DNA from: Chloroflexota bacterium
GTDB taxonomy: Bacteria > Chloroflexota > Anaerolineae > UBA4142
Length of the DNA stretch: 64,000 nt
Direction: 5' to 3'
Assembly (NCBI GenBank): GCA_016223105.1
Contig: JACRPR010000036.1
Coordinates: 1,729-65,728 of the forward strand
Part shown: positions 1 through 9,742 of the stretch, piece after piece
How the letters are laid out: every line of letters begins with the position of its first letter
Position numbering within the stretch: position 1 is the first letter of the stretch
Notes under the pieces: model-generated
What the model saw: only the letters and a program-made list of their open reading frames with translations
Database searches by the model: none
What the model was told of the DNA's origin: nothing
Made by a program: the position numbers and the translations under genes

Positions 1-1112
1 CACTTCCACGCCTTTGTCGCGAGTTTCGACAAGCGCGGATCAATCACCGCGTAGCGCAGTTTGCCTTCGACGAGACGATTCGTGATGCGCGGCACGCGAT
101 TGCTGGGTCCGTAATTTCCTTCAAACGGCGACGCGCCGACAAACAGGACGAATTCGGAATTTTCGGTGTCGGCTTGCCAGTAAAACTTTTCGCCGCCGGT
201 GAAACTGCCCGCCGCGAATTGTTCGCTCATCGCCTTGCCGGAAAAGTACAGCGAACCCTGGCACACGGTCGTGTGTCCGTGCGTGTTGGTCGAACCGAAC
301 CCGTCGCGCGTAAAGCGGTTGAAAAAGTCCGAGCGACCACCTTTGGCGCGCCCCCACGAGAAATCGAACTGATTGTTTTTGGGTCCGAGATCAGGATGAT
401 CGGGATCAATCAGTTTATCCAAGTCAGCGGCGAATTTCTTTTTGAAATCCTCGACGAGTTGCTTTTTCTTATCCTTGTCTTTTTCCGCGAGGATTTTCGG
501 CAGTTCGTCCGCCATTGCTTTTGCGACTTTCGGGTCTTTGAGCGCGTACAATTCTTTCAAGCCGGTAACGACGCGATTTTCTTCGCCCGGCACGTTCGCG
601 AACAGTTTGCCGCCTTCGACAATTTCGGTAATCGCTTTGTCGAATTCAACTGCTTGCCATTTGTTTTCGCCGCGCTTGCCGGCGCGTTTCAACACTTTGA
701 CGAGACGATACGGATCGTACGTCGTTTGAATCGCCGCGTGCGCTTTGGGACAGACCGCGCCATCAATCGTCGCGGCTTCTTGCATCGTCGTTTTATAACC
801 CAGATGCGGATTCAACGTGAACGGGTTGAACGGGTTGCCATCAATTTTCGAAACGACACCGTTCACCAATTTTACTTTGATGCCGCAGTTGGTGTTGCAC
901 TGCTGGCACACGCTGTAAATAATGTTTGCCGGGTTCGCAAGCGGATAACCCGGTTCGGTTGCCGCTTCCGCGCTACCCGACATCATATCCCACGCAACGT
1001 TCAACGTGCCCGCCATCGCCGCCGAGCCGCCGAGGAACGCGCTGATTTTTAGAAAATCGCGGCGCGTGAGGTCTGTAATTGGATTATCGAGTATTTTATT
1101 TTGGTCATCCAT
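1..1112 (-). CDS. Molybdopterin (Mo-bisPGD) oxidoreductase catalytic subunit, N-terminal part; gene runs off the window start
   Basis: Not in the ORF track because it is open at the window edge. My minus-strand translation from ATG 1112 gives [35 protein letters not shown] (twin-arginine signal), [11 protein letters not shown]...AVCPK (CX2CX3C..C FeS0 motif) and [10 protein letters not shown] (possible Mo-ligand Cys). AGGAG at 1121-1125. Alternative ATG at 1118. Confidence 0.8.
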   Translation of the reverse strand, partial: MDDQNKILDNPITDLTRRDFLKISAFLGGSAAMAGTLNVAWDMMSGSAEAATEPGYPLANPANIIYSVCQQCNTNCGIKVKLVNGVVSKIDGNPFNPFTLNPHLGYKTTMQEAATIDGAVCPKAHAAIQTTYDPYRLVKVLKRAGKRGENKWQAVEFDKAITEIVEGGKLFANVPGEENRVVTGLKELYALKDPKVAKAMADELPKILAEKDKDKKKQLVEDFKKKFAADLDKLIDPDHPDLGPKNNQFDFSWGRAKGGRSDFFNRFTRDGFGSTNTHGHTTVCQGSLYFSGKAMSEQFAAGSFTGGEKFYWQADTENSEFVLFVGASPFEGNYGPSNRVPRITNRLVEGKLRYAVIDPRLSKLATKAWK

Positions 1113-1130
1113 TTTCATTTCTCCTGTCGT

Positions 1131-1176
1131 TGGTAAATTGGTAAATGGTAAATAGTAATTACCACTTACCATTTAC
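1131..1176. repeat. Inverted heptamer array (GGTAAAT)n / (ACCACTT, ACCATTT) between the NrfD and catalytic-subunit genes
   Basis: TGGTAAATTGGTAAATGGTAAATAGTAATTACCACTTACCATTTAC. Shares TAATTACCACTTACCA with 58185-58230. Confidence 0.85.
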
Positions 1177-2264
1177 TTGGCTTCGCCCAAGCCCTGCATT
1201 TCAGGAACCGCGAGACCTGGGATGACGATGTTGAGCCGGACGGTGAAGAACGTCACCGCGATCAGCAATCCCGCCATCGCGACCCAGAACGGCGACTTGG
1301 CTTGCCAGAACATTAACAAAATCGGAACGACGACGCCGAGTCCGATATGCACGCCCCAGAACACCCAGGCATAGGGTCCGAATAAAACCAGTTTCATACT
1401 CGCGACATCCGCGGGAATCGCGGAATATAATCCGATGGAATACTCCGCCCATTCGAGCATCACGTCGAACATCAGTAGACCGAGCGCGATCTTACCGAGA
1501 AACAACACGGTCTCTTTGTGTTCGCTCGAACCGTGATTGGGTCCGAACACGAATGTGACGAACGTGAGCAACGCGCCGCCACTGCACAATGCACCGACGA
1601 GAAACATAATCGGCGTGAGACCGGAATTCCAGTACGGGCGCGCGCCGACGACGCCGAACAACGCGCCAACGCCGCCGTGAAAAGCGATCGCGAGCGGAAC
1701 GCCAATCGTGCCAAGCACGCGCAAGAATTTTTTATCGCGCGCGAGCGCGTTCGCGGAAACATCTTTTTGCCCGAACGTCAAAAACCCGGTGAGTTTGCCG
1801 GCGAAATCTTTGCGATTGCTCCACGCGACGAAATCGCCGCGCAATGCGAACCACAATTCGGTGACGAGCAAAACAAAATACGCGGCGTAGAGCCAAATCA
1901 TCCAGCCCATCATCGAACCGAAATTCGTCGCAAACATCAAGCGCCACGCGCGTTCCGGGCGACCGAGATCGAGAAACACGCTAAACATCGCGATCGCGAG
2001 TGAAACGACTGCGGTAAAGAGCGCGAGCTTGCCGATTTTTTCAAGTCGCTTGACGCCGAACGCGTACACGAGCGCGGAGATGAGGAACGCGCCGGCGGAC
2101 ACGCCGACGAGATAAATATACGCGCCGATCCACAAACCCCACGGAATATAACTGCCGTAACTCACATTGAGGTGACCATTCGCAAAGCGGTCGTACAAAC
2201 CGTACGCGCCGGCGACGAATCCGACAATCGCGATGAGCCACAAGAGTTGTTCTAATTTTTTCAT
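1173..2264 (-). CDS. NrfD/PsrC/TtrC-type integral membrane (quinol-interacting) subunit
   Basis: 363-aa ORF made almost entirely of hydrophobic helices (LLWLIAIVGFVAGAYGLY, WGLWIGAYIYLVGVSAGAFLISALVYAF ...). It lies between the FeS and catalytic subunit genes. Confidence 0.8.
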   Translation of the reverse strand: MKKLEQLLWLIAIVGFVAGAYGLYDRFANGHLNVSYGSYIPWGLWIGAYIYLVGVSAGAFLISALVYAFGVKRLEKIGKLALFTAVVSLAIAMFSVFLDLGRPERAWRLMFATNFGSMMGWMIWLYAAYFVLLVTELWFALRGDFVAWSNRKDFAGKLTGFLTFGQKDVSANALARDKKFLRVLGTIGVPLAIAFHGGVGALFGVVGARPYWNSGLTPIMFLVGALCSGGALLTFVTFVFGPNHGSSEHKETVLFLGKIALGLLMFDVMLEWAEYSIGLYSAIPADVASMKLVLFGPYAWVFWGVHIGLGVVVPILLMFWQAKSPFWVAMAGLLIAVTFFTVRLNIVIPGLAVPEMQGLGEAK

Positions 2265-2340
2265 GGTTGGATTCCTTCAATCTCTCAATCGCTTAATCTC
2301 TGTTCAAGAGATTTAGAGATTCAGAGATAAAGAGATTGTC

Positions 2341-3132
2341 TCATACAAGGTAATAGACCTTGGGCTCGGTGCCCATCTCTTCTTTGAGTCGCATCACGTT
2401 GGGCGACGCGATCAATCCCGCGACGAGCGAATCGTGATCGCTGGCATCGCCAAAGTACGTCGCGCGACCGATGCAGGTCGTCGTGCACGCGGGCAACATT
2501 CCCGCGTTCAAACGATGCGTGCAGAATTGACATTTGCGCGCGTTGCCTTCGGGCGACGCGCCGGCTTTGCGTTCCCACGCGATGCCGTACTCGTACGCCG
2601 GCAATTTTTCGTACGATTCCACTTTCGGTCTGCCGGTGATCGCCGCGGGCGTGCCGGGCGTGCCGTCCAAATAATGCCGACCCGAATCGAACGTGCGCGC
2701 CGAGTACGGACACGCGGTCAAGCAATACCGACAACCGATGCAATCTTCATAGTTGATCGCGACGATCCCATCAGGACGTTTGTACGTCGCGTTGACCGGG
2801 CAAACATTCACGCACGGCGGATTGTCGCATTGCATACACGGACGTGGAACAAAGCGGCGCGTGACATTCGGATACGTGCCGATCTCTTCTTCGAGCACCG
2901 GGCGATACGCCACACCGGGCGGCAGTTTGTTTTCGACGATGCACGCAATCGTGCACGCGGAGCAACCGACGCATTTACGCAAATCGAGCGCCATCACCCA
3001 ATGGCGTTGATTTTCCGGTTTTTTGATCGCGCGTTTCAAATCTTCTTGCATTCGCACAAGTGGATCTTCCGGCGTTCCCACCGGCGCGTCAGCGACGATG
3101 AACTGAACGAGTTCTTGTGTCGTGACAGGCAT
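2341..3132 (-). CDS. 4x[4Fe-4S] ferredoxin-type electron-transfer subunit (DmsB/PsrB/TtrB family)
   Basis: Cys clusters [37 protein letters not shown] and CQFCTHRL..C. Start moved to ATG 3132 (MPVTTQELV) with GGAGG at 3140-3144; the track start at 3174 reads through a terminator-like hairpin. Confidence 0.88.
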   Translation of the reverse strand: MPVTTQELVQFIVADAPVGTPEDPLVRMQEDLKRAIKKPENQRHWVMALDLRKCVGCSACTIACIVENKLPPGVAYRPVLEEEIGTYPNVTRRFVPRPCMQCDNPPCVNVCPVNATYKRPDGIVAINYEDCIGCRYCLTACPYSARTFDSGRHYLDGTPGTPAAITGRPKVESYEKLPAYEYGIAWERKAGASPEGNARKCQFCTHRLNAGMLPACTTTCIGRATYFGDASDHDSLVAGLIASPNVMRLKEEMGTEPKVYYLV

Positions 3133-3144
3133 AGCATTACCTCC

Positions 3145-3190
3145 TGAAAAATGAAAAACCAGAGACTGCTTCACCGCAGTTCTCTGGTTT
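3145..3190 (-). terminator. Strong terminator-like hairpin + U-tract abutting the RBS of the FeS-subunit gene
   Basis: On the minus strand: AAACCAGAGA-A-CTGC-GGTGAA-GCAG-TCTCTGGTTT followed by TTCATTTTT, then GGAGG (3144-3140) and ATG 3132. Confidence 0.55.
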
Positions 3191-3324
3191 CAATTTTAAG
3201 CGCAAGCGCGGTTGCGTTCTAGCGGGAAAACCCTGTGAATGATTTTACAATGCAAGGGAAATTCCTAGAGTTCCGCGAAATGCGTAGGGGAAATCCTGAC
3301 AAGATTATTGCGCCGCCCGGCGCG

Positions 3325-3804
3325 TTAACGCGGCAGAACGATCAATTCGCCGACCATCGAAGGTTGATGCGAGCCGCAGTTGATCTTGAACACCCCGGCT
3401 TTGTCCGCCTTGAATGTTACTTTGCTAACCTGACCGCGCTTGACGTTGAATGTAACATTGTACCCTTCGATGACACTGGGATGCTCCGCGCCGTTGATAC
3501 CCAGGATTTCGAGCGTTACTTCATCACCTTGATTCACAATGACCTGGTTCGGATCCCAGCGATACGCGGACACTTCCCAACGCCCATCCTTGTCGGGCGC
3601 TTTCAAAAGATAGCCGCCGCCTGCCGGCAACGCGTCCTTGGGAAATGCTTCTTGTGCCACCACCACGCCACCTTTCGGCTCGACCGCCGTCATCGTAATC
3701 GTGCGTTTGGTCGCCGGAATCGCATTTGCCGATTGCGCGCACGCGCCGAGCAACGCCGCGATCACTCCAAGCATCACCACAACTAGAGCAAGTTTCGTTT
3801 TCAT
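3325..3804 (-). CDS. Cupredoxin-fold (type-1 copper-like) lipoprotein
   Basis: Start set at ATG 3804 (MKTKLALVVVMLGVIAALLGAC, lipobox; GGAGG 3811-3815). AEHPS plus INCGSHQPSM gives a His..Cys-x2-His-x3-Met pattern. Confidence 0.65.
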   Translation of the reverse strand: MKTKLALVVVMLGVIAALLGACAQSANAIPATKRTITMTAVEPKGGVVVAQEAFPKDALPAGGGYLLKAPDKDGRWEVSAYRWDPNQVIVNQGDEVTLEILGINGAEHPSVIEGYNVTFNVKRGQVSKVTFKADKAGVFKINCGSHQPSMVGELIVLPR

Positions 3805-3964
3805 TCGATTCCTCCTTTTTGATTTGCCCCAATTATCGCACAGCGCATCCCGCGCGCCAATGGGCAATCGCCGCGATTTTCTGGAGACAATCCGCCCAGC
3901 CGATTTCGGACAAATGTCCAATGCCACGCGGGACAATCGGTGTTATAATTCCCTCGGGGGAACG

Positions 3965-5326
3965 ATGCTTGGAAAATTGCGCAACGTGACATTAGCGCGC
4001 CAATTCATGCTCGCAAGTTTTGTTGTCCTGCTTGCGGGAATGTTGATTATCGGCTGGTGGATCAGCGGACAAATCGAGCGCGGGGTGATCAATCAAACCG
4101 CCGGCGTTACCGCGCTCTATGTGGATAGTTTCATCACGCCCCATTTGCAAGACCTCGCGCGTGGCAACCTGCTTGATGCGGAGCATCGCAGTGCGCTCGA
4201 TAAATTGATGACGACCACACCGTTGGGCAAACGCATCGTCGCATTCAAGGTGTGGTCGCGTGACGGCGAAATTCTCTACAGCACCAGCGCCTCCCTCATC
4301 GGTCGCCGTTTTCCGATTGGCTTTGGACTGCAACACGCGCTCGATGGTCAGGTCGCGTCGCACATCAGCAATTTAAAGCAACCGGAAAACGAAGAAGAAA
4401 GCAAACGCTGGTTACAGCTTCTGGAAACGTACGCGCCGGTGCGTCTCGCCGGCACGGAACACATTTTTTTCGTATCCGAATTTTATCAGACGGTAGACGA
4501 TCTCAGCCGCGAAATCCAAATCGCGCAGATGACCAGTTGGATCGTCATCGGGGTTTGTACTACACTAATGTATCTCTTGCTTGCCGGGATGGTGGGACGC
4601 GGCAGTCGCACAATCGCGCGTCAGCAACGCGATTTGGCGGAAATGAACGAACGGGTCCGCCGCGCCGCCGCGCGCACAACGGCGCTCAATGAACAATTCC
4701 TCCGGCGCATTAGTGCGGACCTGCACGATGGGCCCGGTCAAGATTTGAGTTTCGCGCTCTTGCGTCTTTACACCATCGCAGAACATTGTCGGCAGTGCCT
4801 CAACCCGGCGAAACAACAATCGGTTAGCGCAGAACTGGACGCAATTCAAAACTCGTTGCAGAGTGGCTTGGGCGAACTACGCGACATTTCGGCGGGCTTG
4901 CGCCTGCCCGAACTCGACGCGCTTTCGCCAACAGAAACGGTCGCGCGCGCAATCCACGAACACGCGAGCAAAACGAACACCCACGTCGAATTCACCGCCG
5001 AGCGCGCGCCCGACCGCGCGCCGATGCCGGTGAAAATCACGCTGTTTCGCTTGACGCAAGAAGCGCTCGCGAATTCGTATCGGCATGCGCGCGGGGCGCG
5101 CCAAGCCGTACGCGTGTGGAGCGACGGCGCGGTGATTTGTCTGGAGGTCGCGGATACCGGGCGCGGGTTCGATCAGCAGAGCATTTCGCCCGGCACCCAA
5201 CATCTCGGCTTGGCGGGGATGCGCGAACGCGTGCAGGTTCTCGGCGGAACGTTCGAGGTCGAATCGGCACCGGGCGCGGGCACACGGATTCGCGCGCGCG
5301 TGCCGCAAGAGGTGTCTGATGAATGA
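3965..5326 (+). CDS. Membrane sensor histidine kinase, HisKA_3 (NarX/DegS-like) type
   Basis: Start at ATG 3965 (MLGKLRNVTLARQF). Two TM helices flank an extracytoplasmic segment. H-box LHDGPGQDL. Complete ATP lid MRERVQVLGGTFEVESAPGAGTRIRARVP. TGA 5324-5326 overlaps the next start (ATGAATGA). Confidence 0.85.
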   Translation: MLGKLRNVTLARQFMLASFVVLLAGMLIIGWWISGQIERGVINQTAGVTALYVDSFITPHLQDLARGNLLDAEHRSALDKLMTTTPLGKRIVAFKVWSRDGEILYSTSASLIGRRFPIGFGLQHALDGQVASHISNLKQPENEEESKRWLQLLETYAPVRLAGTEHIFFVSEFYQTVDDLSREIQIAQMTSWIVIGVCTTLMYLLLAGMVGRGSRTIARQQRDLAEMNERVRRAAARTTALNEQFLRRISADLHDGPGQDLSFALLRLYTIAEHCRQCLNPAKQQSVSAELDAIQNSLQSGLGELRDISAGLRLPELDALSPTETVARAIHEHASKTNTHVEFTAERAPDRAPMPVKITLFRLTQEALANSYRHARGARQAVRVWSDGAVICLEVADTGRGFDQQSISPGTQHLGLAGMRERVQVLGGTFEVESAPGAGTRIRARVPQEVSDE

Positions 5327-5966
5327 AACGATTCGCGTCGCGGTCGTGGACGATCATCCGATGTTTCGCGACGGCGTGATTTCGAGTTTACGCGCGGACG
5401 CGAACATTCAAGTGGTCGGGCAAGGCGCGAGCGCGGCAGACGCGCTTCACCTAGCGCAAGAACATTTGCCTGACATCCTTCTGCTCGATTTGACTATGCC
5501 CGGTGGAGGACTAGACGCGGCGCGCGCGATTGCCGCGTCCTGTCCGGTGACAAAAATCGTTATCCTGACGGTTTCCGAAAACGAGGATGACCTGCTCAAC
5601 GCGATCAAAGCCGGCGCGCGCGCGTACATTTTGAAGGGCGTCGCGGGAAACGAACTCGCGCGCCTGGTGCGCGCGGTGTATCAAGGCGAGGCGTACATCG
5701 CGCCGAAACTCGCGAATCGAATGTTGATCGAAATGACGCGCGCGCCGCGCGCCGAGAATCCGCTCGACCAACTCACCGAACGCGAACACCAGATTCTCGA
5801 ACTCGTCGCGTCGGGCGCGACGAATCGCGAAGCAGGCGCGCATTTGCACCTCGCGGAGAAAACTGTGCGCCACTATATGACGAACATTTTGCAAAAACTC
5901 CACGTCCGAAGTCGCGTCGAGGCGGCATTGCTCGCGCAAAAAGCCGGGCTGGGCGACGCGCGGTGA
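5319..5966 (+). CDS. NarL/FixJ-family response regulator (REC + LuxR-type HTH)
   Basis: VVDDHPMFRDG..LLLDLTMPG receiver domain; LTEREHQILELVASGATNREAGAHLHLAEKTVRHYMTNILQKL HTH. Confidence 0.9.
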   Translation: MNETIRVAVVDDHPMFRDGVISSLRADANIQVVGQGASAADALHLAQEHLPDILLLDLTMPGGGLDAARAIAASCPVTKIVILTVSENEDDLLNAIKAGARAYILKGVAGNELARLVRAVYQGEAYIAPKLANRMLIEMTRAPRAENPLDQLTEREHQILELVASGATNREAGAHLHLAEKTVRHYMTNILQKLHVRSRVEAALLAQKAGLGDAR

Positions 5967-5977
5967 GCGCAAAACAA

Positions 5978-6005
5978 GAATCGCGAACCTAAAGGTTCGC
6001 GATTC
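5978..6005. terminator. Perfect 12-bp hairpin between convergent genes
   Basis: GAATCGCGAACC-TAAA-GGTTCGCGATTC. The T-rich run lies only on the minus-strand side (rc of AAAACAA), so it is more convincing as the terminator of the small minus-strand ORF. Confidence 0.5.
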
Positions 6006-6029
6006 TCGTATCAAGCGAGACCGTGCCGC

Positions 6030-6194
6030 CTATGCCTTGTGTTCCGCCACACGCGGCGCTTCAGTCGGTGTGATTAGCGGCGTCTCGATCTCCATCTCGC
6101 CAGCCAAGCCCTTGACCGCCAACGCAAAACCGATAAAGATGAGCGTGCCAAGCAGAGTGTCGCCCACCAAAACCCAAATCGCCATGTTTTCCAT
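6030..6194 (-). CDS. Small hypothetical membrane protein (54 aa)
   Basis: ATG 6194 preceded by GGAGG (6200-6204). One hydrophobic helix, MAIWVLVGDTLLGTLIFIGFALAV. No recognisable family. Confidence 0.3.
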   Translation of the reverse strand: MENMAIWVLVGDTLLGTLIFIGFALAVKGLAGEMEIETPLITPTEAPRVAEHKA

Positions 6195-6321
6195 TTTTGC
6201 CTCCTTGAAATCAGAATCGAATTTCAATCTCTGATTGCACTATAATCGCGATGGGCATTGGCGACAATCGCTTTTTCGACCAAACGGCATACTCTGCGCG
6301 CAGTATTTTTTCCTACTGTAT

Positions 6322-6969
6322 TCAAAGTAACCCGTTCTCGATCGCGTATCGAATCAGCTCGGCGCGATTGTGCAAGTTTAGTTTTTCCATAATGTTCGCG
6401 CGATGCGTCGCGACAGTGAACGGACTGAGCACCAGCTTGTCCGCGATTTGCTGATTCGTCAAGCCGTCCGCGACGAGCGCGAGAATTTCGCGTTGGCGCG
6501 GCGTGAGTTCCTCGATTTGATTTTTCTCGACGCTATTCGCGCGTTTCAAATAATCGCCGACAAGTAATTTCGCGACGATGGGTTGCAAGTACACCTCGCC
6601 GCGCTGAATCGCTTGCAAGGCAATCAACAATTCCGTGACCTCCGCGCCTTTGAGAAGGTACCCCGATGCGCCCGCCGAGAGCGCGCGAAATAAATAATTC
6701 GCGTCATCGTGCACCGTGAGCAAAAGCACATTCACGCCGGGCATTTCGCGTTTGATGCGCGCGGTCGCGTCGAGTCCGTCGAGTTCGGGCATGCCAATGT
6801 CCATCAGCACGACATCCGGCGCGAGCGCGCGCGTTTTTTCAATCGCTTCAATACCCGTCGCCGCTTCGCCAACCACCGCGATGCCGCTTTGCGTTTCGAG
6901 TAGAGCGCGAATCCCGCGCCGCACGAGCGTGTGATCGTCCGCCAAAAGAATTTTGATTTTGTCTGCCAT
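6322..6969 (-). CDS. NarL-family response regulator (triad 1)
   Basis: LLADDHTLVRRG..VLMDIGMPELDG receiver domain; LTPRQREILALVADGLTNQQIADKLVLSPFTVATHRANIMEKL HTH. Confidence 0.9.
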   Translation of the reverse strand: MADKIKILLADDHTLVRRGIRALLETQSGIAVVGEAATGIEAIEKTRALAPDVVLMDIGMPELDGLDATARIKREMPGVNVLLLTVHDDANYLFRALSAGASGYLLKGAEVTELLIALQAIQRGEVYLQPIVAKLLVGDYLKRANSVEKNQIEELTPRQREILALVADGLTNQQIADKLVLSPFTVATHRANIMEKLNLHNRAELIRYAIENGLL

Positions 6970-6982
6970 CTTTACATTTTAC

Positions 6983-8806
6983 TCACACCGGAATTTCTAC
7001 CCGCACGCGCGTTCCGTTGCCAACCTGGCTCGCAATCTCCAACCGTCCGCCGAGCAATTCCGCGCGCTCGCGCATTCCCAGCAAACCGACGCCGCCCGCG
7101 CGCCACGCGTCCGCGACATTGAATCCCGCACCATCGTCTTCGATTGTCGCGTTCACGCGCGCGGATTCAAATTGCAAACCCAGCGCGATCTGTTTAGCGC
7201 GCGCGTGCTTGACGACATTGTTGATCGCTTCCTGCGCGATGCGAAAGAGCGCGGTCTCGATGTGCGGCGCGAGCCGCCGCCGCGCGCCGTGAATCTGAAA
7301 CTCAAACGCGATTTGCGCCGGCGCGCACGCGCGTTCGCCGAAACTGCGAATCGCCGGCGCGAGCCCCGCGTCGTCCAGCACCGTCGGACGCAAATCGAAA
7401 ATCAATCGCCGCGTCTGTTCGAGAATTTGCGCGGCGAGTGTGTGCGTGTCCACGAGCCGCGCGCGCGTCGCGTCATCGCGCGCGAGGGTTTGCTCGTGCG
7501 TTTGCAAACCGACGATCAGCGCGGTCAAACTCTGCGCGAATTCGTCGTGCAATTCACGCGCGATGCGTTTGCGTTCTTCCTCTTGCGCGTCAATCACGCG
7601 GTCGAGCAATTGCCGGCGAAACAATTCGCGTCTCTGCGCTTCAGCCAGTTCGAGATTTTCAATCGCCAAACCGATCTGCTGTCCCAGCGCGGTCAGCAAA
7701 CGCAAACGTTCGGCGGCAAAACAATCCGGTTCGGCGCACGCGAGATGCAACGCGCCCCAGACGCGTTCGTGCGCCGCCAACGGAACAATCGCGTGATGCG
7801 CGGCGAGCGTCGCGCATTTGTCGCCGTTATGTGTCAACCGCGCGTGATCGGTGATCTCACGCGCGCACTCACACGCGATAATTTCCGCCGCGCGCGCCGG
7901 TTCGATCGCGCGCGTAGCGACCACGCGCGCGGAATCGTTTTCGCGCAACGCGATCCAGCCGACCGCTAAATTCATCACTTGAAGCGTTTCATCGAGCGCG
8001 CTGTTCAGCAACGCATCGAGATTTGCGCTGTGGCTAATCGCGCCCGCGAGCGTATTGAGCGCGCGCAGTTGTTCGTTCGACGTTTGCAACGCGCCTTGCG
8101 ATTGCGCGAGCGCGCGCGTCATCGCGTTGAACGCATTGCCGAGTTGCGCGATTTCATCCTGCCCCGCGATCGGCGCGTGATGCGTGAAATCGCCGCGCGC
8201 GACGGCGCCGGTTGCCTCGACCAATTTTTCAAGTGGACGCACGAGCACGCGCGCGAGCAGGTACGCGGTGATAAAAACCGGGATCAGACTCAACGCGGTT
8301 TGCGCGAGCAAGTTGAACGTGTGGCGATCAATGTCCGCGTTCAACGCGCGCTCCGACATACCGACGCGCACGTTGCCCAATTTACCATCGAACAACGGCG
8401 CGGCAACATCGAGCACAAAACCTTCTTCGGTGTTGATCCGTTGCACATGAAAATGCTCGTCCGCGCGCACCCGATTCGCGTCGAGCAATCCTTTCGGAAT
8501 CCCGCGCCCGAACGATTGCGCCAGCACGCGGCTTTGCGCGTCCAACACCAGGATATAGCGCGCATCGGGATTGTTGAGGAGCGTATCGTTGATCAGTTCG
8601 TTGAGCCGAAAGAGATCATTCGTCAGCGCGGCATCGGTCGCGTACGCGGCGAACGCGGACACGGTCGCGACGCTCCGTTGTTCAAATTGCTCGCGCGCGA
8701 ATTGCTCAACTTCGGCGCGATTCAAGTACGTGCGAATCAAACCCAAGCCGAGCGTGAGCAAAAGCATCGCACTAACAAGTTGAAAGGAGAGTGAAGTCCA
8801 CCGCAT
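6983..8806 (-). CDS. Sensor histidine kinase: TM / extracytoplasmic domain / TM / HAMP / GAF-like / HisKA_3 / HATPase (triad 1)
   Basis: H-box ELHDEFAQSL. Intact C-terminus MRERAELLGGRLEIASQVGNGTRVRVEIPV. Paralogue of 10420-12438. Confidence 0.85.
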   Translation of the reverse strand: MRWTSLSFQLVSAMLLLTLGLGLIRTYLNRAEVEQFAREQFEQRSVATVSAFAAYATDAALTNDLFRLNELINDTLLNNPDARYILVLDAQSRVLAQSFGRGIPKGLLDANRVRADEHFHVQRINTEEGFVLDVAAPLFDGKLGNVRVGMSERALNADIDRHTFNLLAQTALSLIPVFITAYLLARVLVRPLEKLVEATGAVARGDFTHHAPIAGQDEIAQLGNAFNAMTRALAQSQGALQTSNEQLRALNTLAGAISHSANLDALLNSALDETLQVMNLAVGWIALRENDSARVVATRAIEPARAAEIIACECAREITDHARLTHNGDKCATLAAHHAIVPLAAHERVWGALHLACAEPDCFAAERLRLLTALGQQIGLAIENLELAEAQRRELFRRQLLDRVIDAQEEERKRIARELHDEFAQSLTALIVGLQTHEQTLARDDATRARLVDTHTLAAQILEQTRRLIFDLRPTVLDDAGLAPAIRSFGERACAPAQIAFEFQIHGARRRLAPHIETALFRIAQEAINNVVKHARAKQIALGLQFESARVNATIEDDGAGFNVADAWRAGGVGLLGMRERAELLGGRLEIASQVGNGTRVRVEIPV

Positions 8807-8826
8807 GATCGCTTTTCAATTCCGAA

Positions 8827-9741
8827 TTACTTTTTCGATTGCCCCGCGCGCACGCGCATCGCGCGCACCGAGTCGTACGCGCGGTCGTCGGGAATAACGA
8901 AACGATCAATCCCAATCCTGGCAAGAATCGCGCGCCCCGCGTCGTCTCCATTCATCAGCAACAACGCCTCGCGCAATTGCGTTTTGAGTTTCGCGTCGAG
9001 ATTCGGATTGATGACGAGCGGCGAACTACCGAACGGTCCGAACCGCGCGATAATCCGCGTCCGCGCGGGCAACGGCGAACCGGACGCGACGAGAAAGTCA
9101 AAGACCTGGTTGTCCACCGTCGCGCCGTCCACTAAATTTTCCGCGACCGCTTTGATCGAATTGTCGTGGCTGTATGTGAAAATCGTGCGCGCGAAAAACG
9201 CGTCGGGTGTCGTTTGCATTCGCAAAAGTTGATCCACCGCGACGAGCCGCCCCGTGTTCGAGAGCGGATCCGAAAACGCGAACGTCTTGCCGCGCAAATC
9301 CGCGAGTGATTTCGCCGCGCTGTCCAACGGTACGATCAGATACGCGTAATACACGGTCTCGCCTTTCACTTGCGGCACAACGAGCGCCTCCATTCCAAAT
9401 TGCTCTTGTCCTTCGAGGTACGCGTTCGTGCAAACAAGCGCGAGCGCGACCGTGCCTTCGCGCACCATCGCGTTGATTTCGTCGTACGTCTTACCCTGCA
9501 CGATTTGCGCGGGGCGATTGAGTTTTTGTCCGAGGTAATTCGCGAGGTCTTGATAAAGCGTAAGACTCGTGCGCGGGGAATAGACCGGTGCGATCGCGAT
9601 GCGGAGCGCGTCGGCATTGACCGGCGCGGCATCGCGCGCGGGCGCGTCCGTTTCCAAATCGGCGAGCCGCACGCGCGGCAAGTTCGCGTCGGCAGACGCG
9701 CACGCGGTTACGAAAATCAGCGCGAGCAAAAAAAATCTCAC
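8827..9741 (-). CDS. PhnD/PtxB-like (phosphonate-type, class II) periplasmic binding lipoprotein (triad 1)
   Basis: Signal and lipobox MRFFLLALIFVTAC. LRIAIAPVYSP, FAFSDPLSNTG and TYSHDNSIKAV are typical of this family. No ABC permease or ATPase is adjacent; a kinase and regulator follow instead. Confidence 0.75.
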   Translation of the reverse strand: MRFFLLALIFVTACASADANLPRVRLADLETDAPARDAAPVNADALRIAIAPVYSPRTSLTLYQDLANYLGQKLNRPAQIVQGKTYDEINAMVREGTVALALVCTNAYLEGQEQFGMEALVVPQVKGETVYYAYLIVPLDSAAKSLADLRGKTFAFSDPLSNTGRLVAVDQLLRMQTTPDAFFARTIFTYSHDNSIKAVAENLVDGATVDNQVFDFLVASGSPLPARTRIIARFGPFGSSPLVINPNLDAKLKTQLREALLLMNGDDAGRAILARIGIDRFVIPDDRAYDSVRAMRVRAGQSKK

Positions 9742-9742
9742 G

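Noticed and set aside
174-1052. 292-aa plus-strand ORF (and nested ORFs) in the first kilobase
   Set aside because: It is antisense to a clearly recognisable Tat-signal molybdoenzyme gene. Its Arg/Phe-rich, low-complexity translation is typical of shadow ORFs in GC-rich DNA.
6236-6246. TATAAT hexamer on the plus strand in the 6195-6321 spacer
   Set aside because: There is no acceptable -35 or extended -10 element, and no credible plus-strand gene downstream (6251-6454 is antisense to the regulator gene end).
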